A program made the position numbers and the translations under genes. From contig NC_086097.1 of assembly GCF_963921235.1 (NCBI RefSeq), positions 229,712,001 through 229,776,000 on the forward strand: a stretch of 64,000 nt of DNA, in the 5' to 3' direction. This DNA is from Mobula hypostoma. Lineage: Eukaryota. This document shows, one piece after another, positions 37,411-50,703 of the stretch. Below the pieces are notes generated by a model, which was not told the origin of the DNA, searched no databases, and saw only the letters and a list, made by a program, of their open reading frames with translations. How positions within the stretch are numbered: position 1 is the first letter of the stretch; every line of letters starts with the position of its first letter.

Positions 37411-37739
37411 AACTTCATGGGGCTGGACTTGTTTTGCATTTTGTGGACAGCACATAACCTGGCAAAATTCAGTTTGCCAGTTATGTGCCAGGATGGGGAA
37501 AACTGTGAAAAAAGTTTGAATGGAACTAGTTCTGGTGTGCAGGTCTTCAGTATGCCTGCTGGGATGTTGTCCGATACCATTCCTCTGCTGTATCACTGTT
37601 CTCATCCAATTCTTAATATCACTAAGAGTGAGTCAAACTGGCTCCAGGCTTATTTCTGTGCTGGAAAGTCTAGTCTTGGCACTCATGTCAAGTTCCTGGT
37701 GTACTTGATATGGAACCTGGTATGGAAGTTGTCCTGCCC

Positions 37740-38232
37740 AAGACCGAAAGAAGCTACAGAAGATCGTGAACACGGCGCAGCACATCACACAAACCAATCT
37801 TCCGTCCGTGAACTCACTTTACACCGCACGCTGTCGGAGCAGTGCTGCCAGGATAATCAAGGACACGACCCACCCAGCCAACACACTTTTCGTCCCTCTT
37901 CCCTCCGGGAGAAGGTTCAGGAACTTGAAGACTCGTACGGCCAGATTTGGGAACAGCTTCTTTCCAACTGTGATAAGACTGCTGAACGGATCCTGACCTG
38001 GATCTGGGCCGTAACCTCCAAATGTCCGGACCTGCCTCTCGGTTTTTTTGCACTACCTTACTTCCCATTTTTCTATTTATGATTTATAATTTAAATTTTT
38101 AATATTTACTCATTTTAACTATTTTTAATATCTTTAATATTTGTAATCCAGGGAGTGTGAAGCACAGAATCAAATATCGCTGTGATGATTGTATATTCTA
38201 GTACCAATTGTTTGGCGACAATAAAGTATAAA
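37740..38232 (+). mobile_element. Rex1/Babar LINE 3' fragment, relatively young (CpG-rich)
   Basis: VNTAQHIT...HPANTLFVPLPSGRRFRNLKTRTARFGNSFFP, ending AATAAAGTATAAAGTA. Confidence 0.8.
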
Positions 38233-39301
38233 GTACTTGTGGAAGTGCAGGAAGTTTACAACAGAGGACTGATTACCATTTTCACACTGAGCTCGACAAC
38301 TGCCAACTTCGATTTGCATGGATTGAAAACTTGCAAAGTCAGGAGTTACCAGGTATAACCAGAAGTTGATTCTCCAACAATCATGGTGAACGTACTGCAC
38401 CAGGAATAATGAAAGTAAGGTTCCTAGGCACACCTTTTTTCTGTTGCAATTTTTGTGAGACTTTGATTGGGGTGGACTTGCCTTGGGGCTGCAGGTAATG
38501 AACATACAGCACTTGGTTAGATTTAACTGAGCTGGACTGAATATACCTGGTCTCTTTTGATAACTTTGTCATTTGGTGTTTTATATTCTGTGTTTTTCTC
38601 TCATTTTTTGCCATTTGTGTGATTTTTTTTCCTTTTTTGCATGTTGGGTGTTTATTGTTTTTATTTGAACAGGTTTCATGGTTGTCTGTGAGAAGACAAA
38701 TCTCAGGGTCTGCATACATACTTTGATAATAAATGTACTTTGAGTCTTGAGTCTTTGAATCTCTTAAATACAGGGAAGAACAAGCACAAATCAAAACTTT
38801 AGAGGAAGGGAACAGGCAAACCAAAAGCAAAGAGAATATTTAGAAATCCCAAAACCAGAAATGACTAAGCATTACTCGGAAGTAAAGAATTAAAGAGGAA
38901 GAAACTATCAAATCAAATCATTGAAAAACTACACAAGCTTTTCTGAGCCACAGTGATAAATTTTCCTACAACAGAAGAGCAATCAGATTTTATAAAATAA
39001 TTTAGTGGCTGTAAAATGCTTTGGAACATTCTGTGATGGGCTTTATTTAAGTGCAACTATATTCTTCTTTTGTTCCTACCATTAAAATCTCCTGTTACAG
39101 AGATTTTCAGAAATCTGTCAAATCTTTAATGATATACATTGCTGTAAACATTTTCTTGCAGAGACTCACCATTGGGTTAGGATCTGGACATCTGTAACCC
39201 TGAACTCTTTATGATTTTGCAAGTTCTGGTAAATATGATGTGACAAAATGAAACCTATGAAATCCCAAGGTGCTTTGCTGGTTTGGATGGGAGGCTTACA
39301 A

Positions 39302-39305
<4 letters not shown>

Positions 39306-39340
<35 letters not shown>
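39306..39340. repeat. (TG)n microsatellite
   Basis: Uninterrupted TG run. Confidence 0.95.
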
Positions 39341-39343
<3 letters not shown>

Positions 39344-40564
39344 AGTTTATGACAGGAGATGTGTTTTATGGCTGAGGGAGGATGTTTTGACAACAGGGGT
39401 AAACAAGACACAGCTTCTAAAAAAGCAAATGTTAGAACAGGATAATGGAGGAATGTTATGGAATAGAACAACCTAATCATTGTTCTCTAAAAAGTATAAA
39501 AGTGCTTTGTTTGAGACATAAGATCAAAGCTATTTCAGACAATACTCGTGCGGAGTAGCTTCCCTCGCAAGTAAAATAACCAATACACAATAATGTTCTC
39601 CACTCTGAATTTGTTGTAGTTTGTTTCTGTGTATTAGAAGACCTAGCTGAACGGTATGCGACAGAATCTAGAGATTCAATTGTTACAATCTAAGTCCCTA
39701 TATGTACTGTAAAATGCCTGGCATAATCCTCGCTGATTTGACTTGATGCAAAATGATGCCTTTACTGTATGTTTTAATGTATATGCTACCAATAAAGCTA
39801 ATCTTTGAAATGTGACAAGGCCATCCCATATTTTCAAGCATCCTAATGGTGCAGTAACGGAGACCTCATTCCCCACACCCCATGGTATTCCTGAACCTTG
39901 GAACTGCGTACAACATCTGCCTGTCTTTTTCTCCAGTGCTTCAAAGCTTCAGATAAACTTCAGAAATACTTAAGTCTTGTCCACCAGTGCTATCAATCAA
40001 TGGTGCTCTGCCTTTGAAACTTCTGCATTCCTTAAAATGGGTAGAATAATTAAATAACTAAATTCCCAGAACTCAAGTATAAAGATTAGTGTTACCCAGG
40101 ATATCTACTGACAAATGTCCATGCTCTTCTCGAAATGCTGAAAGCCTTTGAACATTATCAGTAATTAGCTTATTGTAATACGCTGTAATGACTGTAATAA
40201 TTACAGGAAGCGAAAGAATAAATGTTTTTTTTTGTTTCTGATTTCAGTGGAGCTGATTAAAGTAATTAATCATCAGGGCTCATTTCTAGAGTTTCAATAG
40301 AGCACAGCAGCTATGACTATTGTGTAACAAAACGCTCCACTTCTCTGTTCAACTTTCCGACTCTGTTGCTGGATCTGAGACATGCACACCAATAAAGAAG
40401 ATAACAGATGGATGTCTGATCATTCATCCAATCATGCAACCCTGATGAAGTCATTAACTATGAGAGAAATGCAATTCTCTGGAAAAGCAGACGGATATGA
40501 TTATTATCGGGATCATTAAAACTGAGTTACAATTAAAATGTTAGCAAAACATTTTACATTCAAA

Positions 40565-43500
40565 TTGAAGAGACTAGGAGAGAGGAGGTTAGTTCACAAA
40601 TAGAGAAAGCTAGTAGACAGTGTGTGAGGGAGGATAGGCAGGGGACAGAAAACGGGAGCACCCAGACTGAAGATGTAGGGGAGAAGGAAGAAAAAGATAA
40701 CAAAGTTGTTTGCACCATTAGGGATAAACAGAGAGTAAGAAGTGGAGGGTTTCTTAAATGCATCTTTTTTAATGCTAGGAGCATTGTAAGAAAGATGGAT
40801 GAGCTTAGAGCATGGATTGATACCTGGAAATATGATGTTGTAGCTATTAGTGAAACGTGGTTGCAGAAGGGGTGTGATTGGCAACTAAATATTCCTGGAT
40901 TTCGTTGCTTCAGGTGTGATAGAATCGGAGAGGCAAGAGGGGGAGGTGTTGCATTGCTTGTCAGAGAAAATATTACAGCGGTGCTTTGTCAAGATAGATT
41001 AGGGGACTCGTCTAGGGAGGCTATTTGGGTGGAATTCAGGAATGGGAAAGGTATAGTAACGCTTATAGGGGTGTATTATAGACCACCTAATGGGGAGCGA
41101 GAATTGGAGAAGCAAATTTGTAAGGAGACAGCAGATATTTGTTGTAAGCACAAGGTTGTGATTGTGGGAGATTTTAATTTTCCACACAAAGACTGGGAAA
41201 CCCATTCTGTAAAAGGGCTGGATGATTTGAAGTTTGTAAAATGTCTGCAAGATAAGTTTTTTGCAGCAATACATAGAGGTACCAACTAGAGAAGGGGAAG
41301 TGTTGGATCTCCTGTTAGGGAATGAGATAGGTCGGGTGATGGAGGTATGTGCTGGGGAGCACTTCGGGTCCAGTGATCACAATGCCATTAGTTTCAATAT
41401 AATTATGAAGAAGGATAGGACTGGACCCAGGGTTGAGATTTTTGATTGGAGAAAGGCTAACTTTGAAGAGATGCGAAAGCATTTAGAAGAAGTGGATTAG
41501 GACAATTTGTTTTATGGGAAGGATGTAATAGAGAAATGGAGGTCATTTAAAGGTGAAATTTTGAGGGTACAGAATCTTTATGTTCCTGTTAGGTTGAAAG
41601 GAAAGGTTAAAAGTTTGAGAGAGCCACAGTTTTCAAGGGACATTGGAAACTTGGTTCAGAAAAAGAGAGAGATCTACAATAAATATAGGCAGCTTGGAGT
41701 AAATGAGGTGCTCGAGGAATATAAAGAATGTAAAAAGAATCTTAAGAAAGAAATTAGAAAAGCTAAAAGAAGATATGAGGTTGCTTTGGCAAGTAAGGTG
41801 AAAATAAATCCAAAGGGTTTCTACTGTTATATTAATAGCAAAAGGACAGTGAGGGATAAAATTGGTCCCTTAGAGAATCAGATAGGATGGCTATGTGCGG
41901 AGTCAAAAGAGATGGGGGACATTTTGAACAATTTCTTTTCTTCAGTATTCACTAAGGAGAAGGATATTGAATTGTGTAAGGGAAGAGAGACAAGTAGGGT
42001 AGTTATGGAAACTATGATTATTAAAGAAGAGGAAGTACTGGCGCTTTTAAGGAATATAAAAGTGGATAAGTCTCTGGGTCCTGACAAGATATTCCCTAGG
42101 ACTTTGAGGGAAGTTAGTGTGCAAATAGCAGGGGCTCTGACAGAAATATTTCAAATGTCATTAGAAACGGGGATGGTGCCGGAGGATTGGCGTATTGCTC
42201 ATGTTGTGCCATTGTTTAAAAAGGGTTCTAAGAGTAAACCTAGCAATTATCAGCCTGTGAGTTTGACGTCAGTGGTGGGTAAATTGATGGAAAATATTCT
42301 TAGAGATGGTATATATAATTATCTGGATAGACAGGGTCTGATTAGGAACAGTCAACATGGATTTGTGCGTGGAAGGTCATGTTTGACAAACCTTATTGAA
42401 TTTTTTGAAGAGGTTACTAAGAAAGTTGACGAGGGTAAAGCAGTGGATGTTGTCTATATGGACTTCAGCAAGGCCTTTGACAAGGTTCCACACGGAAGGT
42501 TAGTTAGGAAGGTTCAATCGTTAAGTATTAATATGGAAGTAGTAGAATGGATTCAGCAGTGGCTAGATGGGAGACGCCAGAGAGTAGTGGTACATAACTG
42601 TTTGTCAGATTGGAGGCCAGTATCTAGTGGTGTGCCTCAGGGATCTGTACTGGGTCCAATGTTGTTTGTCATATACATTAATGATCTGGATGATGGGGTG
42701 GTAAACTGGATTAGTAAGTATGCAGATGATAATAAGATAGGTGGAGTTGTGGATCATGAAGTAGGTTTTCAAAGTTTGCAGAGATTTAGGCCAGTTAGAA
42801 GAGTGGGCTGAAAGATGGCAGATGCTGATAAATGTGAGGTGCTACATTTTGGTAGGACTAAACAAAATAGGACATACATGGTAAATGGTACAGCACTGAA
42901 GAATGCAGTAGAACAGAGGGATCTAGGAATAATGGTGTATAGTTCCCTGAAGGTGGAATCTCATGTGGATAGGGTGGTGAAGAAAGCTTTTGGTATGCTG
43001 GCCTTTATAAATCAGTGCATTTAGTATAGGAGTTGGGATGTAATGTTGAAATTGTACAAGGCATTGATAAGGCCAAAATTGGAGAATTGTGTACAGTTCT
43101 GGTCACCGAATTATAGGAAAGATGTCAACAAAATTGAGAGAGTACAGAGAAGACTTACGAAAATGTTACCTGGGTTTCATCTCCTAAGTTACAGAGAAAG
43201 GTTGCACAAGTTGGGTCTTTATTCTTTGGAGCGTGGAAGGTTGAGGGGTGACTTGATAGAGGTATTTAAAATTATGAGGGGGATAGATAGAATTGACGTG
43301 GATAGGCTTTTTCCATTGAGAGTGGGGGAGATTCAAACAAGAGAACATGAGTTCAGAGTTAAAGGGCAAAAGTTTAGGGGTAACATGAGGGGGAACTTCT
43401 TTACTCAGAGAGTGGTAGCTGTGTGGAACAAGCTTTCAGCAGAAGTGGTTGAGGCAGGTTCAATGTTGTCATTTAAAGTAAAATTGGATAGATATATGGA

Positions 43501-43628
43501 CAGGAAAGGAATAGAGGGTTATGGGCTGAGTGCAGGTCGGTGGGACTAGGTCAGAGTAAGAGTTTGGCATGGACTAGAAGGGCCGAGATGGCCTATTTCC
43601 GTGCTGTAATTGTTATATGGTTATATGG
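40565..43628 (+). mobile_element. CR1 LINE ORF2 (APE+RT), 5'-truncated and disrupted; a different subfamily from the 26.1/48.3 kb pair
   Basis: FNARSI, ISETWL, YYRPP, YMDFSKAFDKV, GVPQGSVLGP and YADD. Ends in a (TTATATGG)n tail. Confidence 0.94.
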
Positions 43629-44591
43629 CAATCCTCCTTTTAGGGATCAATTTCATAGAAAAGGATGGGCGCATAAAGTAAATGGTGATCCTGAAGGTAA
43701 TAGTGATAAATCTCGTACCGGGATTGCTTTGATGTTCGGAGCGTGGTGAACCAGAATTCACAGCTGTAATGGATATCCAGGTGGCACTGCAAGCTGGTAA
43801 CCCCAAGGAGTTAACCCATAGTAGAAACCAGTGCAATGAGCCTTACAGCAGTCATTAAAACCCGAGGATGAAATTGCAATGTGTCCTCTATGTTTTGTAC
43901 AGTCATGAGTTCACCCATTTTGTCTCTTGAAGTTGGTTGCTAGGATTGGGTACACGAGCACTACAAGTCTTCTGACACTTCACCCTTTTGGTTATTCTTC
44001 AATGCAGCCTCGCTACCACAGACTGTCACCCACCGTGTACTGGCAGAAGTACTCTGCATTTTCCGGGCAGCTAGTTTTCAGCAATAGTCCCACTTCTGAC
44101 AGATTAATATACATTAGTCAAAAGGGAAAGGTTAAAGACTTAAAGAGATTTAAAGATTAGTGTCAGTTGTCACAAGTACCGCACATGAACTCAGTGAAAC
44201 ATACAGCGAAATGAGTGTTTGAGTCAACAACCAACACTGAGGATGTGTGGGGGGCCAGTTCGCAAGTATCGCCATGCTTCGAGCAGCAATGTAACATGCC
44301 CACATCTTACGAATCCTAAACCTACATCTACATAGATAATCCTACGTACATCTTTGGAATATAGGAGAAAACGGGAGCACTCGGAGGAAACCCACACTAT
44401 CTTGGGGAGAACATGCAAAAACTGCTTAGGGCCAGCAGGAATCGAACACTGATTGATGGCGTTGTAAACCGTTATGCTAACCACTATGCAACTGTACCGC
44501 CCTGTACTGGTGCACTGAGCTTTTAAAGGCTCACAGAGGGGGAGGGAGTGTGAGGGAAAAAAAAACAGAAAAAAAATACTTGTCCGTGTAT

Positions 44592-45203
44592 TCTTCATCA
44601 ATCGTGGGGTTGAGTTTAGGAGCCAAGAGGTAATGTTGCAGCTATATAGGACCCTGGTCAGACCCCACTTGGAGTACTGTGCTCAGTTCTGGTTGCCTCA
44701 CCACAGGAAGGATGTGGAAGCCATAGAAAGGGTGCAGAGGAGATTTACAAGGATGTTGCCTGGATTGGGGAGCATGCCTTATGAAGGCAGGTTGAGTGAA
44801 CTCGGCCTTTTCTCCTAGGAGCGACGGAGGATGAGAGGTGACCTGAAAGAGGTGTATAAGATGATAAGAGGCGTTGATCGTGTGGATAGTCAGAGGCTTT
44901 TTCCCAGGGCTGAAACGGCTGCCACAAGAGGGCACAGGTTTAAAGGTGCTGGGGAGTAGGTACAGAGGAGATGTCAGGGGTAAGTTTTTTACACAGAGAG
45001 TGGTGAGTGTGTTGAATGAGCTGCTGGCGACGGTGATGGAGGCGGATACGATGTCTTTTAAGAGACTTTAGGAAAGGTATATGGAGCTTAGAAAAATAGA
45101 GGGCTATGGGTAACCCTAGTAATTTCTAAGGTAGGGCCATGTTCGGCACAACTTTGTGGGCTGAAGGACTTGTATTGTGTCATAGGTTTTCTATGTTTCT
45201 ATG
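44592..45203 (+). mobile_element. CR1 3' fragment
   Basis: LYRTLVRPHLEYCAQFW. Ends in a (TTTCTATG)n tail. Confidence 0.88.
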
Positions 45204-45949
45204 AAAGAAGGACCATTGAATGGTTTTCGTATCTCTGTCAGCACTGCAACTACCCCTTCCCCACAAAACCTGCCACCTACCACCAGACTTTCAGAAGCTT
45301 CTGATAAATCCATCTAAGGTCAAGGAAAATGAGACGTTTTGACAAAAATAGTGTTGGTAATATGAAAAGAGGTGGTACCACCACACCATGGACAATCACA
45401 ATGAGAACGTCTAATTGGTTTCATATGCATAAGGTCTCAAATCCCATTGCATACCCACCAAAAAATACTAGAGCACCCACTTGTATAAATAAAAAAAAAC
45501 TGAATATTCACAAGGAACAACAGATCCTCCCTGATTTACTTATCCCACAAGCACAAACCATTTCTGAGATCTATTTCCAGCGCCTAAATCCATGGTTGGG
45601 AGTGTACGACTGAAAAGACTAGAGAATGCTTCATGTCTCGCAGCTGAAATTACTCACAGCATGGAGTGTCTGAAGGCAACTGAGCGAAATTATATGTTTG
45701 AGCCAGATAATGTTTCCGTCAGTATTTCTCTTGCAAAGTAACAATTAGCAGCAATGAAATACCACACGGAAAGGCATGGGTAGTATCTTAATGACTAATT
45801 TCTTTCTCGGATAAGGAAGCTCCTAGCTGATTATCGTCATTCTGAGGGCCAAGTGGATCCTGAAATTGACCTGTAACAGAAACTGGAAAGGAACATCTGT
45901 GAATTCCACTATCTCACTGTTCAAAAATCCTAATGATTTAGCATCTAGC

Positions 45950-46680
45950 TCATCATTTCCCACACTCACTTTCTATATAATAGGGCTCTGTTCTAACACT
46001 CACTTTAACCTCAATAGGTCCCCATTCCCACATTCACCATAAACACATGGGGCCTCATTGGTACACACTGGGAGCCTATTCGACCCAATTTAACCTCAGA
46101 AGATCTCTGTTCCCACACTTATATTAACCTATTCCCACAACCACTTTAAACAGATGAGCACCTCATTTCCACACATCTGAAGGTCATGCTCCCTTCTTGT
46201 TGTTGCCATAAAGAAGAAGTTACAAGAGCCTCGGGACTCATACTGCCAGATTCAGAAACAGTTATTACCGCTGAACCATCAGGCTCTTGAACCAAAGGGG
46301 ATAACTTTACTCATTGTCACTCACCCCGTCATTGAAATGTTCCCACGTCCTATGGACTCACTTTCAAGGATACTTCAACTCATGTTCTTAATATTTATTG
46401 CTTATTTATTTATTATTATTCTTTCTTTTTGTATTTGCACAGTTTGTTGTCTTTCGCACACTGGGTGAATGCCCGAGTTGGTGCAGTCTCTCATTGATTC
46501 TGTTACGGTTAATATTCTATGGATTTATTGAGTATGCCTGCAAGAAAATGAATCTCAGGGCTGTATATGGTGACATATATGTACTGGGATAATAAATTTA
46601 GTTTGAACTTTGGGACCCTGTTCCCACAATCCCTTTAAGTGCACCAACAGCCCATTCCTACATTTGCTGTCAACTCATCT
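45950..46680. repeat. Degenerate ~35-bp tandem repeat rich in TTCCCACA, interrupted by a Rex1/Babar 3' fragment (~46180-46612)
   Basis: TTCCCACA occurs at 45957, 46025, 46110, 46132 and 46621, within recurring CACTTTAA/GGG context. Confidence 0.6.
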
Positions 46681-48110
46681 GGTTCAGTGGAAAATTTATT
46701 ACACTACTATGCCATCTAAAGAAAAGGTGAGTTATATGAGTGATGGCATAGTATAGTAGAGATTAGCATAATGCTTTACACTACAGCACCAGCGGATTGG
46801 ATATCATGACAAACAAACACCAGCGTTCCAACCACCACCGTGTCTAATTGTGCAGCCACTTTTAGTGAACTGTGTACTTGTATTCCCCAGGACCCTCTGT
46901 TCCACAACACTTATCATTCACAGTATAGGTCCAACATGGGTTGAATATCCAAAATGCATCATCTCACTCTTATCTACGTTGAAATCCATTTTCCATTCCT
47001 TAGCCCATCTGCCTAACTGATCAAGATATCTTCATAATTCATACATCTTGCTTCAGTATCACCATGACCCTCTAATTTCGACAGTAAATGATGGCCCAGA
47101 AATTCTCTGAGTATTCAGCAATAGTTGGGTGCATAAAGGGAGGATGGGAGGATGAACACAGGGCCCTGGTTGAGGACTTTAGGCAGGCTAAGGCTGTACT
47201 CCTGCCTGTTACAACTGATGGTGAGGACGTGGGGGTGCAACTGGACAACAGACTTGAGTGGACCACCAACCAACACAGAGGCTGTGTACAAGAAAGGCCA
47301 GAGATGCCTCTACTTCCTGAGGAGACGAGATCCTTTGGAGTATGCAGGCCTCTCCTTCACATATTCTGTCGTTGCCAGTACAATCTTCAATGCGGTGGTG
47401 TGCTGGGGCAATGGCATCAACAGGGGTGATGCAAACAGGCTCAATAAACTGATTAGAAAGTCTCCAGACATAATCGATTTTCAACCATTGCCCTCTTGAG
47501 CCAATTCTGAATCCACTTCGTAGATCCCCTCAATCCCATGTGACCCAACTTTCCAGATCAACCTTATCCAAGGCCTTACTAAAATCCATATAGATGAGCT
47601 TCACTGCCCTACCTTCACACATGCCCTTACCACCTCTTTGAAAAACTCCAAAGGATTTGTTAGACATTTTGTCGCGCACACAAATCCATACTGACCATCC
47701 AATAGGTGGGAGACCTCATCCCTCAGAGCTCCTTCCAGAAACTTCCCTACAACAGACGTTAGGTTCACCAGCCTGTAGATCCCTGGTTTGTCCTTGCTAC
47801 CCCTTTTGAACTACGTAACAACATTTGCCACCCTCCAGTCCTCTGGAATTTTTGCCAATGCCTAACCACGAAGCAAGTATCTCCATAATTGTTTCCATGA
47901 TTTCTTCCCAAGCCTCGCATAAGGTTTGAGGAGGCACTTGACCATGCCCTGGGGAACTGTACACCTTAATGCACTTCAAGTCTGCAAATATCTCCTTCCT
48001 CATAATTTTCATATGATCCAAGACCTTGCTACTTAATAACCTTATTTGCATCCATGATATTTTCCTTTGTAAAAACACTGAGGAGAAATGAGCCTTGAGG
48101 CAAGAATGCT

Positions 48111-48183
48111 GGGGAATTAGCTCAAATGGTAGAGTGCTCGCTTAGCATGCGAAAGGTAGCAGTATCGATGCCCGCATTCTCCA
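48111..48183 (+). pseudogene. tRNA-Ala(AGC) copy, probably a pseudogene
   Basis: GGGGAATTAGCTCAAATGGTAGAGTGCTCGCTTAGCATGCGAAAGGTAGCAGTATCGATGCCCGCATTCTCCA is 73 nt with anticodon AGC. It has mismatches in the anticodon stem and T-stem (GCAGT/CCCGC) and no T4 terminator directly downstream. Confidence 0.85.
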
Positions 48184-48194
48184 TTCCTCTTTAG

Positions 48195-50703
48195 TGGGTG
48201 GTGCAGCAATGTGGTGGTTAGTGGAACACTAATACCGCGCCAGTGACTTGGGTTCAATTCCGCCACTGTCTGTAAGAAGTTTGCATATCCTCCGTGACAT
48301 TACCTCTGGATGTTTCATAGAAACATAGAAACATAGAAACATAGAAAATAGGTGCAGGAGTAGGCCATTCGGCCCTTCGAGCCTGCACCGCCATTTATTA
48401 TGATCATGGCTGATCATCCAACTCAGAACCCAGCCTTCCCTCCATACCCCCTGACCCCTGTAGCCACAAGGGCCATATCTAACTTCCTTTTAAACATAGC
48501 TAATGAACTGGCCTCAACAGTTTGCTGTGGCAGAGAATTCCACAGATTCACCACTCTCTGTGTGAAGAAGTTTTTCCTAACCTCGGTCCTAAAAGGCTTC
48601 CCCTCTATCCTCAAACTGTGACCCCTCGTTCTAGACCTCCCCAACATCGGGAACAATCTTCCTGCATCTAGCCTGTCCAATCCCTTTAGGATCTTATACG
48701 TTTCAATCAGATCCCCCCTCAATCTTCTAAATTCCAACGAGTACAAGCCCAGTTCATCCAGTCTTTCTTCATATGAAAGACCTGCCATCCCAGGAATCAA
48801 TCTGGTGAACCTTCTTTGTACTCCCTCTATGGCAAAGATGTCTTTCCTCAGATTAGGGGACCAAAACTGCACACAATACTCCAGGTGTGGTCTCACCAAG
48901 GCCTTGTACAACTGCAGTAGTACCTCCCTGCTCCTGTACTCGAATCCTCTCGCTATAAATGCCAGCATACCGTTCGCCTTTTTCACCGCCTGCTGTACCT
49001 GCATGCCCACTTTCAATGACTGGTGTATAATGACACCCAGGTCTCGTTGCACCTCCCCTTTTCCTAATCGGCCACCATTCAGATAATAATCTGTTTTCCT
49101 ATTTTTGCCACCAAAGTGGATAACTTCACATTTATCCACATTAAATTGCATCTGCCATGAGTTTGCCCACTCACCCAACCTATCCAAGTCACCCTGCATC
49201 CTCTTAGCATCCTCCTCACTGCTAACACTGCCACCCAGCTTCGTGTCATCCGCAAACTTGGAGATGCTGCATTTAATTCCCTCATCCAAGTCATTAATAT
49301 ATATTGTAAACAACTGGGGTCCCAGCACTGAGCCTTGCGGTAGCCCACTAGTCACCGCCTGCCATTCTGAAAAGGTCCCGTTTATTCCCACTCTTTGCTT
49401 CCTGTCTGCTAACCAATTCTCCACCCACACCAATACCTTACCCCCAATACCGTGTGCTTTAAGTTTGCACACTAATCTCCTATGTGGGACCTTGTCAAAA
49501 GCCTTTTGAAAATCCAAATATACCACATCCACTGGTTCTCCCCTATCCACTCTACTAGTTACATCCTCAAAAAATTCTATGAGATTCGTCAGACATGATT
49601 TTCCTTTCACAAATCCATGCTGACTTTGTCCGATCATTTCACCGCTTTCCAAATGTGCTGTTATCACATCCTTGATAACTGACTCCAGCAGTTTCCCCAC
49701 CACCGACGTTAGGCTAACCGGCCTATAATTCCCCGGTTTCTCTCTCCCTCCTTTTTTAAAAAGTGGGGTTACATTAGCCACCCTCCAATCCTCAGGAACT
49801 AGTCCAGAATCTAACGAGTTTTGAAAAATTATCACTAATGCATCCACTATTTCTTGGGCCACTTCCTTAAGCACTCTGGGATGCAGACCATCTGGCCCTG
49901 GGGATTTATCTGCCTTCAATCCCTTCAATTTACCTAACACCACTTCCCTACTAACATGTATTTCGCTCAGTTCCTCCATCTCACTGGACCCTCTGTCCCT
50001 TACTATTTCTGGAAGATTATTTATGTCCTCCTTAGTGAAGACAGAACCAAAGTAATTATTCAATTGGTCTGCCATGTCCTTGCTCCCCATAATCAATTCA
50101 CCTGTTTCTGTTTGCAGGGGACCTACATTTGTCTTTATCAGTCTTTTCCTTTTTACATATCTATAAAAGCTTTTACAGTCCGTTTTTATGTTCTCTGCCA
50201 GTTTTCTCTCATAATCTTTTTTCCCCTTCCTAATTAAGCCCTTTGTCCTCCTCTGCTGAACTCTGAATTTCTCCCAGTCCTCAGGTGAGCCACTTTCTCT
50301 GGCTAATTTGTATGCTACTTCTTTGGAATTGATACTATCCCTAATTTCTCTTGTCAGCCACGGGTGCACTACCTTCCTTGATTTATTCTTTTGCCAAACT
50401 GGGATGAACAATTGTTGTAGTTCATCCATGCAACCTTTAAATGCCTGCCATTGCATATCCACCGTCAATCCTTGAAGTGTCATTTGCCAGTCTATCTTAG
50501 CTAATTCATGTCTCATACCTTCAAAGTTACCCCTCTTTAAGTTCAGAACCTTTGTTTCTGAATTAACTACGTCACTCTCCATGTTAATGAACATTCCAAA
50601 GACATACTGGTTAGTAGATTAATAGGTCATTAGGGCATAATTGGGTAGAGCCGGCTCTTTGAAGAAGGGCCTGAAAACCGTATGATATCTCTAAATAAAA
50701 TAA
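48195..50703 (+). mobile_element. V-SINE split by a CR1 insertion (head ~48195-48316, tail ~50590-50703)
   Basis: GGTTCAATTCCGCCACTGTCTGTAAGAAGTTTGCATAT resumes as ACATTCCAAAGACATACTGGTTAG...CTCTAAATAAA. Confidence 0.7.
48317..50590 (-). mobile_element. Young 5'-truncated CR1 with an uninterrupted 723-codon ORF2 segment (RT and C-terminus)
   Basis: ORF 48423-50594 is near-identical to the 26130-28380 copy. Ends in a (TTTCTATG)n tail. Confidence 0.96.

Noticed and set aside
37114..38082. 322-aa ORF
   Set aside because: Runs across a Penelope 3' region, an antisense LINE relic and an out-of-frame Rex1/Babar fragment; no coherent domain.
40436..40485. CTGATGA-AGTCATTAACTATGAGA-GAAATGC, resembling a hammerhead
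   Set aside because: The core boxes and a weak stem II are present, but I could not form stem I or a proper stem III and cleavage triplet.
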